From positions 1-59,491 of the forward strand of contig CAZJUE010000001.1 of NCBI GenBank assembly GCA_964549025.1: 59,491 nt of DNA, in the 5' to 3' direction. Shown here piece by piece: positions 20,781 through 30,794 of this stretch (position 1 is the stretch's first letter; the number at the start of each line of letters is the position of its first letter). The position numbers and the translations under genes are program-made. The DNA comes from an uncultured Anaerolineaceae bacterium (GTDB lineage Bacteria; Chloroflexota; Anaerolineae; Anaerolineales; E44-bin32). The notes below the pieces were generated by a model. The model searched no databases. It was not told the DNA's origin and saw only the letters and a program-made list of their open reading frames with translations.

Positions 20781-22163
20781 ATGACCCAACCTGCGGCCAC
20801 AGTAGGCGCCCCCTCGCGAGGCCCGGAGGGCATGACCGCTTTTACCGTCATCTGGCTGGGACAGCTGGTCTCGATGCTGGGGACCGGGATGACCCGTTTT
20901 GCCATCACTATTTTCGCCTGGCAATTGACCGGCGAGGCCACCACGCTGGCGATGGTCGGCTTCTTTGCCTTCGGCCCCACGGTATTGCTCAGCCCGTTCG
21001 CCGGAGCGATCGTCGACCGGGCCAACCGCAAGCTGGTGATGATGCTCAGCGACCTGGCGGCCGGCATGATGTCGGTCATCATATTGTTCTTATTCTTGAC
21101 CGATCAACTGCAGATCTGGCACCTGTACGTCACCGGTGCCTTCGCCGGCGCCTTCGAGGCCTTTCAGTTTCCGGCCTACTCGGCAGCCATCACGTTGATG
21201 CTTCCCAAGGAACAATATGCTCGCGCCAGCGGCATGCTATCGCTGGTGCAAAGCGCTTCCGGGATTGCCGCGCCGTTCCTGGCCGGTGCGTTGATCGGAA
21301 TCATCGGCATCGGTGGGATCCTGACCATCGACATCGCGACCTTCGCGGTGGCGGTGCTGGCGCTGTTCATCGTGTTCGTCCCGCAGCCGGCGGAAACTGA
21401 AGCCGGTCGCGCCGGGCGCGGCAGCATCTGGAAGGAAGCCGGCTATGGCTTCCGTTACATCCTCGATCGGCCCAGCCTGCTTGGCTTGCAGCTGGTCTTT
21501 TTCGCCATCAATTTCGTGGCCTCCTTCGGTATCATCCTGATGGCACCGATGGTGCTTGGCCGCACCGGGGACAATGGGCTGGCGCTTGGCACCGTGCAGG
21601 CCTTTTTGGGGGTCGGCGGCGTTGCAGGAGGCGCCTTGCTCAGCCTGTGGGGCGGTCCGAGACGGCGGGTGCACGGAGTCCTGCTGGGCATGGCTGGCTC
21701 CAGCCTGGTGGGCCTAGGGCTGTTGGGGCTGGGCCGCGGGGTGGCGCTGTGGTCGGCCGGGGCGTTCTTTGCCATGTTCTTCATACCCATCATTAACGGC
21801 TCCAACCAGGCGATCTGGCAGGCCAAAGTTGCGCCCGACGTGCAGGGCCGAGTGTTCGCGGTGCGGCGACTGATCGCTCAGATCACCGCGCCGCTGGCGT
21901 TCGTTTTGGCCGGGCCGCTGGCCGATCAGGTCTTCGAACCCGCTATGGCGGCCGGCGGAACTCTGCAGCCGCTGCTGGGCGGCCTGCTGGGAAGCGGCAC
22001 CGGGACCGGTATTGCGGCCATCTTTTTGCTGACCGCCGTACTGGGTGCGGCCAGTGGCTTGGCAGGATATCTGTTCCCCGCAATCCGCAACGCGGAAGAC
22101 CTGTTGCCCGATCACGATCGCGAGCTGGTAGCGGCCGCCGCTCCGGCGACGGCCGAGGCATGA
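20781..22163 (+). CDS. MFS transporter (EntS / MFS_3-like)
   Basis: About 12 predicted TM helices, with N-terminus FTVIWLGQLVSMLGTGMTRFAI and loop motif GAIVDRANRK. ATG 20781 is preceded by GGGGAG. Confidence 0.85.
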   Translation: MTQPAATVGAPSRGPEGMTAFTVIWLGQLVSMLGTGMTRFAITIFAWQLTGEATTLAMVGFFAFGPTVLLSPFAGAIVDRANRKLVMMLSDLAAGMMSVIILFLFLTDQLQIWHLYVTGAFAGAFEAFQFPAYSAAITLMLPKEQYARASGMLSLVQSASGIAAPFLAGALIGIIGIGGILTIDIATFAVAVLALFIVFVPQPAETEAGRAGRGSIWKEAGYGFRYILDRPSLLGLQLVFFAINFVASFGIILMAPMVLGRTGDNGLALGTVQAFLGVGGVAGGALLSLWGGPRRRVHGVLLGMAGSSLVGLGLLGLGRGVALWSAGAFFAMFFIPIINGSNQAIWQAKVAPDVQGRVFAVRRLIAQITAPLAFVLAGPLADQVFEPAMAAGGTLQPLLGGLLGSGTGTGIAAIFLLTAVLGAASGLAGYLFPAIRNAEDLLPDHDRELVAAAAPATAEA

Positions 22164-22201
22164 GCAATCTTACGGATTTGATTAGAAGGAGCGAGTAGAA
22201 G

Positions 22202-23332
22202 ATGACTGAGAACGGGAATCAAGTACATGACCCCAGGTTGTTCTGGGATATCGGTACGGCCTACGATATGTTCGTTAGCCTGTCCGTGCTGCACGAACCA
22301 TCGGCTTTTGGTCTGCGCGCCGCCTGGGCGGCTGGCATGCGCTCGCGCTTGCCATCTGAGGAGCGCGAAACGCTGGAGCAGTTTCAACAGATGAAGTTCT
22401 GCAAGATGCCGTTCCACTGGATCAACGGCCTGCCGGAACCGAAAGACGGCCGCACGGCGATCAACGTGCTGACCCAGCTACCGCCCGAACAGCGCTTGCA
22501 TGAGTTGTTCTTCGAGCCGGAGACCCCCGAGTCGATCCAACCGATCCTGGACGAGGTCGCCGGAGCCGGGGCCTGGGATGACTCGCACCTGGAACAGGTC
22601 CTTGAGATTTTGTCCGAGAAGTCCAAGGAACACCGGCCTTCCCGCGAGGCGGTGGAGACTCTGCTGGATTGGTGGTCAGACCTGGAGGCCTCCGGAGATC
22701 GGCTGCTGACTGCACTGCGCACCTATCAGGAGGTGTTCTTCGCAGAGGAAGAGAACCGCATTCGCCCTGCATTGAAAGAGGCTCAGGCGCGAGCGCAGGA
22801 CCTGGCGCAGCGGCTTCCGGTCATGGATCTACTGGAGGAGCTGTCGCAAGGCGTTCGGCTGGAGGAAGGCATCGAGGCGCCGGAATTGGTGCTGGCTCCT
22901 TCGTACTGGGGTACGCCGCTGTTGATCTTTGGACAAATCACTGAAAAGCGCGAGATCATCCTGTTCGGCGCGCGTCCCCAGACCGCCTCGCTGGTTCCGG
23001 GAGAAGTGGTTCCCGACGCGCTGGTGCAGGCCTTGAAAGCGCTCTCCGATTCCACCCGGCTGCGGATCCTGCGCTACCTGGCGGAGGAGCCGCTCACCCC
23101 CTCGCAGCTGTCGCGGCGCCTGCGGCTGCGCTCGTCCACCGTAATCCACCACCTGGATATTCTGCGCCTGGCGACGCTGGTGCAGTTCCGGATCGGTGGA
23201 CACAAGCAGGACCGACGCTATGCCTTGCGGCATGACGCCATCGCCTCGGTGTTCGCCGCCTTGGACGGATTTTTGGATCAGGCGGAGGGGATCGAAGTCG
23301 AGCAGTTGGAAGTCGAAGTCATTGGAGACTGA
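22202..23332 (+). CDS. ArsR/SmtB-family wHTH regulator with large N-terminal domain
   Basis: C-terminal LKALSDSTRLRILRYLAEEPLTPSQLSRRLRLRSSTVIHHLDILRLATLV is a canonical ArsR HTH. The roughly 270-aa N-domain is uncharacterised and may be DUF5937-like (from memory). Confidence 0.78.
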   Translation: MTENGNQVHDPRLFWDIGTAYDMFVSLSVLHEPSAFGLRAAWAAGMRSRLPSEERETLEQFQQMKFCKMPFHWINGLPEPKDGRTAINVLTQLPPEQRLHELFFEPETPESIQPILDEVAGAGAWDDSHLEQVLEILSEKSKEHRPSREAVETLLDWWSDLEASGDRLLTALRTYQEVFFAEEENRIRPALKEAQARAQDLAQRLPVMDLLEELSQGVRLEEGIEAPELVLAPSYWGTPLLIFGQITEKREIILFGARPQTASLVPGEVVPDALVQALKALSDSTRLRILRYLAEEPLTPSQLSRRLRLRSSTVIHHLDILRLATLVQFRIGGHKQDRRYALRHDAIASVFAALDGFLDQAEGIEVEQLEVEVIGD

Positions 23333-23356
23333 CCCCCCAGCTCTCCATCCAATGCA

Positions 23357-23388
23357 AAACACTGCGGCCCAGCCGGGCCGCAGTGTTT
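23357..23388. terminator. Bidirectional terminator between the ArsR-type gene and the ABC exporter
   Basis: AAACACTGCGGCCC-agcc-GGGCCGCAGTGTTT, a perfect 14-bp stem. Confidence 0.7.
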
Positions 23389-23466
23389 GATTCTGGGTGA
23401 GCCGGCTCCGCTGTCAACAGCCAGGTTGCAAGCAGCGCAGCCGAGTCGCCGATCCGTGCAAGCTGA

Positions 23467-25284
23467 CTAGGCCCTCTGTGGCTGCGGCTGCAGGGCCTCG
23501 AACTGGTCGTCCAGCGTGCGTCGGAATTGTTGGGTGTACAACCGGTAATAGTGCCCGCCCTCCCGCAGCAGCTCACGGTGGGTGCCGGATTCGGTGATCC
23601 GGCCACCTTCGATGACCAGGATCCGGTCGGCGCGCTTAATGGTCGACAGTCGGTGGGCGATGATGAAGCTGGTGCGCCCCTCCATCATGGCTTCAATGCC
23701 GCGCTGGATCAACACCTCGGTCATGGTATCCACCGAGCTGGTGGCCTCGTCCATGATGAAGATCTCCGGATCGGCCAGCACTGCCCGTGCCAAGCTGATC
23801 AGTTGTTTCTGGCCGACCGACAGCAGCACTCCGCCTTCGCCGACCTCGGTTCCGTAGCCCTCATCCATCTGTTCGACGAAATCGTGGGCACCGGCGATGC
23901 GCGCCGCCTGCTCGACCTCAGCCTGACTGGCAGCTAGCCGACCGTAACGGATGTTGTCCAGGATGGTCCCGGAGAACAAGTGCGGTGTCTGCAGCACAAT
24001 GCCCAGGCGGGAATGGATGGCGTGCAGCGACAGATCCAGGTAGTCGTGTCCGCCAATCCGGATGGTCCCGCCGGTGGGCTCGTAGAAGCGCGCCAGCAGG
24101 TTCACGATGGTGCTTTTGCCGCCGCCGGTCGGGCCGACCAGCGCCAGCGTCTCGCCTGTCCGAACCTTCAAGTAGAAGTCGCGCAGCACCGGCTTCTCAG
24201 GTTCGTACCAGAAATCGACTCCCTCGAAGACGATATCGCCCTGGATGGTTCCCGGGTCGTAGGCTCCCTCGCGGTCGTCGACTTCCGGCACCGAATCCAT
24301 CAACGAGAAGATGCGTTCAGCGGAGGCCAGTGCATGCTGCAGCTCGGCGTACACTCGCGCCATCTCCTGGATCGGCCACAGCATCATCACGATGTAGGAC
24401 ACGAAGGCCTGTATGCCGCCCAGCGTCATCCCGCCTACCGGTAGCTGCACTCCTCCGTACCAGACTACGCTGCCGATCGCCAGCGCGCTGACCAACTGAA
24501 CTACCGGCAGGAACAGTGCCGACAGCCATGCTGCGCGGAAGCTGGCCCGGTACATCTCACCGGTCAGCTCGCCGAATTCAGCCAGGTTGCGCTGCTCGCG
24601 GCTCATCGCTTTGGTGACCCGCACGCCGCTGATGCTTTCGTTGAAGGTACCGGTGATCTTGGAATTTACCTTGCGCACCCTGCGAAACTCGCTCAAGATG
24701 CGTTTGCGGAACTCCAGCGCGACCACCACGATCACTGGCACGATCAGCAGCACGATCAAGGCCAGCCGCCAGTTGATCAGCAGCATGAACACCATCGAGC
24801 TGAGGATGCTGAGCAACCCCCAGGAGGTGTCCAGCAGGCCCCAGGTCACCAGCTCGGCTACCCGATCGGTGTCGGAGGTTACCCGCGACATGATCCAGCC
24901 CACCGGCGTACGATCGTAGTACGACAGCGACAGATCCTGCAGTCGATCGAACAGCTGGCGGCGCATGTCGTAGCGCACCCGCTCACCCAGCACGCCCGCC
25001 AGGTAAATGAAGCCGAACACAAAGAAGGCCTGGCCGAAGATCAGCGCTGCGTAGCGCGCCACCCAGCGCAACAGCTCGGCTCGATCGTTGGCCAGAATGC
25101 CTTGGTCGATGATCTCCTTGCTGATATAGGTGAACAGCGAATCCAGCAGCGCCACCATGGCGATCATGATCAAGAAGCCGATCAGCCAACGCCGGTGCGG
25201 CCGGGCTTGTGCAAAGATCCTCCGCAGCGTCTTGCCGCTGAAGCTGGTAGTGAATTCCTCTTCTTCGAAGCCGTAGCTAGACAC
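23467..25284 (-). CDS. ABC exporter, fused permease-ATPase (heterodimer subunit B)
   Basis: Six-helix TMD, then Walker A GPTGGGKST, signature LSVGQKQLISLAR and Walker B IFIMDEATSSVD. Confidence 0.9.
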   Translation of the reverse strand: MSSYGFEEEEFTTSFSGKTLRRIFAQARPHRRWLIGFLIMIAMVALLDSLFTYISKEIIDQGILANDRAELLRWVARYAALIFGQAFFVFGFIYLAGVLGERVRYDMRRQLFDRLQDLSLSYYDRTPVGWIMSRVTSDTDRVAELVTWGLLDTSWGLLSILSSMVFMLLINWRLALIVLLIVPVIVVVALEFRKRILSEFRRVRKVNSKITGTFNESISGVRVTKAMSREQRNLAEFGELTGEMYRASFRAAWLSALFLPVVQLVSALAIGSVVWYGGVQLPVGGMTLGGIQAFVSYIVMMLWPIQEMARVYAELQHALASAERIFSLMDSVPEVDDREGAYDPGTIQGDIVFEGVDFWYEPEKPVLRDFYLKVRTGETLALVGPTGGGKSTIVNLLARFYEPTGGTIRIGGHDYLDLSLHAIHSRLGIVLQTPHLFSGTILDNIRYGRLAASQAEVEQAARIAGAHDFVEQMDEGYGTEVGEGGVLLSVGQKQLISLARAVLADPEIFIMDEATSSVDTMTEVLIQRGIEAMMEGRTSFIIAHRLSTIKRADRILVIEGGRITESGTHRELLREGGHYYRLYTQQFRRTLDDQFEALQPQPQRA

Positions 25285-27076
25285 CGGCCAATTCCTTTTC
25301 GAGTTCGACCTCGATGCGGGTCTGCGCCTGGTAAATGCTCCGGTATAGGCCCGGCTGCTCCAATAGCTGATCGTGGGTGCCGCGCTGCACGATGCGGCCG
25401 TCTTGCAGCACCAGGATCAGATCGGCGCTCATCAGGCTCTGCACCCGGTGGGCAATCACGAAACTGGTGCGGCCGACCATCAGCCGTTCCAGCTCCTGGC
25501 GAATCAGAGCCTCGGTTTCGGTGTCGACCGAGGAGGTGGAGTCGTCCATGATCAGGATGCGCGGATCCATCAACAAAGTGCGAGCGATCGCCACCCGCTG
25601 CTTCTGACCGCCGGAGAGCGTCACCCCACGTTCACCGACCAGGGTGTCGTAGCCCTCCGGGAAGGTCTGGATCACTTCGTGGATGGCGGCCGCCTCTGCC
25701 GCAGCTTCGATCTCGAACTGCTCCACCTGCCGTCCTACTCCGTAGGCGATGTTTTCGCCGATGGTGCGAGAAAACAGAAACGGTTCCTGTTCCACGATCC
25801 CGATGTGCCGTCTCAGGTAGCTGCGAGCGTAGCTGTTGAGCTCCAAGCCATCTAGTCGCAGACTACCGCCGTTGTACTCATAGAAGCGCGGCAGCAAATT
25901 CACCAGGCTGGACTTGCCCGAACCGGTCGGTCCCAGCAGCGCCACCACCTGTCCGGGCTCGACCCTGAAGCTGATGTCGTGCAGCACCGGAGCACCGGAC
26001 TGGTACTGGAAATTCACGCCATCGAACACCAATTCGCCGCGCGGCGGCGCAGTCGGTGCGTGCCGACCGGACTCCAGCGGCTCCCTCTCCTCCCGCAGCA
26101 CATCCGCTACCCGCTTGTACGAAACCAGGCCGCTGGACATCTGCACTACCAACCGTCCCAGGTTGCGGATCGGCCAGATGATCCAGATGATGATGCCGGC
26201 GTAGGCCAGGTAGGTACCGATCGTCATACGACCGTCCATCACCATCAGTGCGCCGAGGGTGTAGCCGTAGAGCATCTGCAACCCCGACAGGACGTCGGAA
26301 ACCGGCCAGTAGAACGAGTGCATCATCATCCACCGGCGGCCGCGCAGGAATTTCTCCCAGTTGTCGCCGTCGAACTTATCGCGCTCAAAAGCTTGCCGGG
26401 CGAATGCCTTGACCACCCGCACCCCGGCAAGGTTTTCTTGCAGGGTGGTGGAGAGCACCGCTTCCTGGTCCTGATAGGCCTCGTAGGCCTGTGATACCCG
26501 CCGGAAAAAGAACAGCGACATCCCCACGGTTACCGGCACCACCAGCACCGAGCGTATGGCGAGTTCCGAATCGAGCCGAAGCAGTACCACGAAATTCACC
26601 AGGAACAACAGGGTGATCCGGCCGGCGCTGACTGCTTGGTCGGAGAAGAAGCGGCGGATGGCGTCGATGTCGGAGGTCGAGCGCTGTACCAGCTCACCGG
26701 TCCGGGCCTGATCGTGGTAGCGGAACGGAAGCCGCTGCAGGTGGTCGAACATATACTCGCGCAGCCGCTTGGCAATGCCCTCGGCGGTGCGGGCCGCCAG
26801 CCGGCCGCTCAGGTAGGTGAAGCCGCCCTGGGTAATAGCGATGGCGATGAACCCCAGCGCCACCCAGGGGAGCACTTGCAGCAGGTCCTCGCGCACCAAT
26901 ACCTCGTCGACGAATTGCCGGAGCAGCAGGTAGGTCGCCACCCGCGCTACTGCCGCCAGACCCAAACTGAGCGCCGCCAGGGTGAAGATCAACCGGTAGC
27001 CGCGCAGCAGCCGCAGCAGGCCGACAAGCCGCCGCTCGCTTAGCGTGTCACGTAGATCGGATGTGGCAGTGCTCAT
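25277..27076 (-). CDS. ABC exporter, fused permease-ATPase (heterodimer subunit A)
   Basis: TMD, then Walker A GPTGSGKSS, signature LSGGQKQRVAIAR and Walker B ILIMDDSTSSVD. The 8-nt overlap with the downstream partner suggests co-translation. Confidence 0.9.
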   Translation of the reverse strand: MSTATSDLRDTLSERRLVGLLRLLRGYRLIFTLAALSLGLAAVARVATYLLLRQFVDEVLVREDLLQVLPWVALGFIAIAITQGGFTYLSGRLAARTAEGIAKRLREYMFDHLQRLPFRYHDQARTGELVQRSTSDIDAIRRFFSDQAVSAGRITLLFLVNFVVLLRLDSELAIRSVLVVPVTVGMSLFFFRRVSQAYEAYQDQEAVLSTTLQENLAGVRVVKAFARQAFERDKFDGDNWEKFLRGRRWMMMHSFYWPVSDVLSGLQMLYGYTLGALMVMDGRMTIGTYLAYAGIIIWIIWPIRNLGRLVVQMSSGLVSYKRVADVLREEREPLESGRHAPTAPPRGELVFDGVNFQYQSGAPVLHDISFRVEPGQVVALLGPTGSGKSSLVNLLPRFYEYNGGSLRLDGLELNSYARSYLRRHIGIVEQEPFLFSRTIGENIAYGVGRQVEQFEIEAAAEAAAIHEVIQTFPEGYDTLVGERGVTLSGGQKQRVAIARTLLMDPRILIMDDSTSSVDTETEALIRQELERLMVGRTSFVIAHRVQSLMSADLILVLQDGRIVQRGTHDQLLEQPGLYRSIYQAQTRIEVELEKELAGV

Positions 27077-27278
27077 ACTTGCTCCAACGCGAACGAACGA
27101 AATCCCTCACGGGAGGTCGTTTCGGGTGGGAGGTCCACCGCGCATGCCCTCGCGGTGGATTCAGTTGAATCCGTATTTGTGGTGGGGGCTCGTTAGAAGG
27201 ACGGAGTCCCCGCGAGAGGAAGGGCGCGCGTGGGGTCGGTCAGTACCGGATCATGACGTCCCATTCTAGCACAGCATG

Positions 27279-28223
27279 TCAAGCCTGTTTTTCCAGCACA
27301 AGCGCTACTGCTCCCAGCAATCCGACGTCGGCGCCCAACCCAGCAGGGAGGATTTCGACCGACTGAAAGACCGGGGACATCACCCGCTTCGCCACGGTCT
27401 CGCGAATCGGCTGGAACAGCCAGTCGCCGGCTTGACTGACCCCGCCGCCGATCAGGATCCGCGCCGGCTCCAGGATGTGGATCAGGTTCACCAGGCCGAG
27501 CCCGATGTAGGTACCGGCTTGGGCCAGCAGTTCGATCGCCAGCTGATCGCCGCCGTCGGCGGCTTCGGTCACATCGCGGGCCCTGAGCTCGCCACCGAGC
27601 TCCGCCAGGCTGCTCTCTGCTCCTTGCTCGATCCGCTGCTGGGCTTGGCGCGCGATGGCCGGCCCGGAGGCCAGCGCCTCCAGGTGCCCCGGTTGTCCGC
27701 AGCCGCAGATGGGTCCATCGATCACCAGCGTCTGGTGCCCGATCTCCGCCGCGTAGCCGTGGGCGCCGACCAGCAGCCGGCCGCCGCTGATGATGCCGCC
27801 GCCGATGCCGGTGCTCACGGTGACATAGATCAGATCGTCCACGCCCTGTCCGGCGCCAAAACGACGCTCGCCGAGAGCGGCCAAGTTGGCGTCGTTGCCG
27901 GCGTAAGCGGGCAGCCCGAAGCGGCCGCTGATGCGCTCGGTCAGCGAGAACGGCTCCCAGCCGGGCAGGTTGGGCGGATCGTGCAACCGTCCTTCGGCGT
28001 CAATCGGCCCCGGGGCCCCGATGCCGATGCCGATGATCTGCTCTTTCGGGACGTTGTCGATCACCGTCTCGATGCACTCCAGCACCCGTCCAAAGGCCGC
28101 CTCGGAGCCCTCTTCCGGCCGGGTCAGCTGATCGGTGCGTGCGGCCTGCTCGCCTTCCAAGTCGGTGCGGATTGCCCGGATTTGGGTGCCGCCCAGATCG
28201 ACTCCGATCACCCACTGCTCCAT
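27279..28223 (-). CDS. ROK-family sugar kinase (glucokinase-like)
   Basis: VIGVDLGGTQIR ATP-binding motif and ROK zinc motif CGCGQPGHLEA. ATG 28223 is preceded by GAGGTG. Confidence 0.85.
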   Translation of the reverse strand: MEQWVIGVDLGGTQIRAIRTDLEGEQAARTDQLTRPEEGSEAAFGRVLECIETVIDNVPKEQIIGIGIGAPGPIDAEGRLHDPPNLPGWEPFSLTERISGRFGLPAYAGNDANLAALGERRFGAGQGVDDLIYVTVSTGIGGGIISGGRLLVGAHGYAAEIGHQTLVIDGPICGCGQPGHLEALASGPAIARQAQQRIEQGAESSLAELGGELRARDVTEAADGGDQLAIELLAQAGTYIGLGLVNLIHILEPARILIGGGVSQAGDWLFQPIRETVAKRVMSPVFQSVEILPAGLGADVGLLGAVALVLEKQA

Positions 28224-28468
28224 TCGATCACCTCGCCTGCGCTGCTCAGACAAAGCGCAATCTTAGCACCGCGCGCCAGTCTGGACCGCCCCCGCCGCGC
28301 AACATTTCGCTAATCTACGCCGATAGAATATGCCCTGCGAGTCGGTAAGCTGCAGTGGCTACGCCGCATCCTATCTTGAGAAGCGGCCAGGGCTGTGGCA
28401 GACTGGTTACCGCAACGGAGACGAACTGCATGGTGAGTTGTGCGCTGATGAAGCGTTTTGGAGACTAG

Positions 28469-29200
28469 ATGGGCCCAGCTGACATAACCATCGGCCTGGC
28501 GGCATTGGCCGGATTGGCTTCTTTCCTTTCTCCGTGCGTGCTGGCCTTGGTGCCGGCCTACGTGGGCTACCTCGGTGGCCGGTCGGTGACTCCTGAGGGA
28601 GTGACGGTTGAGAATCGCTGGACCACCTTCAGCCACGGGCTGGCGTTCGTATCGGGCTTCAGCGTGGTTTTCATTGGGCTGGGGCTGAGCGCCTCGGCGC
28701 TGGGCAGCTTGATTTTCGAGTACCGCTCGCTGGTGGCACGGATCGGCGGCGTGGTGGTGGTGTTGTTTGGGCTGCACACCATCGGGGTGATCAACATTCC
28801 GCTGTTGGACTATGACACCCGTCGCCAGTACGCGCCCAACCCTGGGCTGGGCTACCTGTCCTCGGCCTTGATGGGCGTGTTCTTTTCGGCCGGATGGGCG
28901 CCCTGTGTCGGGCCGGTGCTGGGGGCGATCCTTACCTTGGCGCTGAACAGCGCCAACCTGCAGCTGGGGGCCGTGCTGCTCACCGCATACTCTATTGGCC
29001 TGGCGGTGCCCTTCCTGTTGGCCGCTCTCGGGATCGGACGCATCGCTGAATTGATGCGCCGCTACAGCAAGACCATCCGCTACCTGTCGATTGCCACCGG
29101 AGTGGTGTTGGTGATCGTCGGGGTGTTGCTGGCCAGCGGCCGCCTGGAGCAGTTCTTCGCCCGCTTCTCCTCTACCTTCTTCATCGACTTCGGTCTGTAG
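28469..29200 (+). CDS. ccdA: Cytochrome c biogenesis thiol-disulfide transporter CcdA
   Basis: Six TM helices with FLSPCVLALVP and SAGWAPCVGP cysteine motifs. Confidence 0.85.
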   Translation: MGPADITIGLAALAGLASFLSPCVLALVPAYVGYLGGRSVTPEGVTVENRWTTFSHGLAFVSGFSVVFIGLGLSASALGSLIFEYRSLVARIGGVVVVLFGLHTIGVINIPLLDYDTRRQYAPNPGLGYLSSALMGVFFSAGWAPCVGPVLGAILTLALNSANLQLGAVLLTAYSIGLAVPFLLAALGIGRIAELMRRYSKTIRYLSIATGVVLVIVGVLLASGRLEQFFARFSSTFFIDFGL

Positions 29201-29330
29201 CTTCAACTGCCGTAGACAAGCAAGCAGACTGTGCGGCTTTGGCCGAGCCGTAGCGCTGCTACCGTCAGATCAGGCTGCACCGGGCCGGTGCCAGCTGCGC
29301 AGCGGCGCGTGGTGGCTCTCGGCCTGCGGG

Positions 29331-30761
29331 TCAGCCAAAACTGCGCCGTAGCGCGGCCTGTGCGGCGTGGTAGCCGTTCATACCGTGCACCCCGCCGCCG
29401 GGCGGAGTAGCCGAGGAACACAGGTACAGATTGCGAGCTGGCGTAGTGTACGGATTCAGCCGCGGCGCCGGACGGGTGAACAGCTGTCGCAAGTCCTGAA
29501 CGCCGGCATTGATGTCACCCCCCACGTAGTTGGCGTTGTAGTTCTCCATTTGTGCCGCGGTGTAACTGTGGCGGGCCAGGATCCGGTCGCGAAAGCCGGG
29601 TGCGAAGCGCTCGATCTGGGCTTCCATGCGCTCGGCCATGTCCGTTGTGGAGCCGTTGGGCACGTGGCAATAGCCCCAGGCAGTGTGTTTGCCCTCTGGC
29701 GCCCGGCTGGGGTCGATCACGGTCTGCTGAGCAAAAATGATGAACGGTTGCTCCGGGTGCTTTCCTTCCCATACAGCCCGCTCGCCAGCCGCGATCTCAT
29801 CCAGCGTGCCGCCGATATGGAGAGACGCAGTTCGGGCGCACTCCTCAGCTGACCACGGAATCGGCCCGTCCAGGGCCCAGTCCACTTTGCAGACGCCCGG
29901 CCCGTAACGGTAGCCCTGCAGTTGCCGTCGGTATCTGGCCGGCAGCCGGTCGCCGGCAATTGCCAGCAGTTGCTTAGGCGCGGTATCGAACAGCACCGCC
30001 CGGGATTCCGGCAATTGATCAAGTGCCTCGATCCGGGTGCCGGTGACGATCTCACCCCCCAGGCCTCTCAGGTGTTCCCCCAGCGCCTCGGTGATGCGCT
30101 GCGATCCTCCAGCGGCGACCGGCCAGCCGACTGCGTGGCCCAGGATTCCCACTCCGAAGGCGAAGGCCGAGCTGGCCCAGCGCTCCAGCGGCATAATCGA
30201 GTGGGCGCCCAGTCCGCCCCACAGCGCCCGTCCCTCGGTTGTCTGCAGCCGGGCGTTGGCCAGACCCACCACCGAGCGCAGCGCCAGCAGCCCGAAGTAG
30301 GCCAGCAAGAACGGCCGCCGTGGCGGGAGTGGCAGCGGGCCTTGGATCTCGCGGAAAAGGTCCTGCCAATTGGCCACCAACCGTCCCATCAACTTTCGAT
30401 AGGCTGCTCGATCGGCGCCCAGTTGCGAGGCCGTGCGCTCCAGATCCGGCCACATCAGCACTGCTTTCCCTCCGTCCAACGGGTGGGCAAAGGAGGCCTC
30501 TGGATACACCCAGCGCAAGCCGTAACCGGCCAGCGGAAGCGAATTGAAAAAGGTCGAACTGGCGCCCAGCGGGTGGATGGCAGAGCAGACGTCGTGCTGG
30601 AAGCCGGGCAGGGTGAGCTCGGTGGTGCGGGTGCCGCCGCCGATGCTGTCGGCGGCCTCGTAGACGATTACCGATCGGCCGGCTTGCGCTAGCGTAATGG
30701 CCGCGGCCAGACCGTTCGGGCCGGACCCGATCACTGCGGCGTCATATTGGTTGCGTGGCAT
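29331..30761 (-). CDS. FAD-dependent oxidoreductase, phytoene desaturase (CrtI-like) family
   Basis: N-terminal dinucleotide fold DAAVIGSGPNGLAAAITLAQAGRSVIVYEAADSIGGG. 476 aa with C-terminal CSSATPPGGGVHGMNG. Confidence 0.8.
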   Translation of the reverse strand: MPRNQYDAAVIGSGPNGLAAAITLAQAGRSVIVYEAADSIGGGTRTTELTLPGFQHDVCSAIHPLGASSTFFNSLPLAGYGLRWVYPEASFAHPLDGGKAVLMWPDLERTASQLGADRAAYRKLMGRLVANWQDLFREIQGPLPLPPRRPFLLAYFGLLALRSVVGLANARLQTTEGRALWGGLGAHSIMPLERWASSAFAFGVGILGHAVGWPVAAGGSQRITEALGEHLRGLGGEIVTGTRIEALDQLPESRAVLFDTAPKQLLAIAGDRLPARYRRQLQGYRYGPGVCKVDWALDGPIPWSAEECARTASLHIGGTLDEIAAGERAVWEGKHPEQPFIIFAQQTVIDPSRAPEGKHTAWGYCHVPNGSTTDMAERMEAQIERFAPGFRDRILARHSYTAAQMENYNANYVGGDINAGVQDLRQLFTRPAPRLNPYTTPARNLYLCSSATPPGGGVHGMNGYHAAQAALRRSFG

Positions 30762-30794
30762 CGATGAGGCGGCGATCGCGGTAGGGATGCCTAG

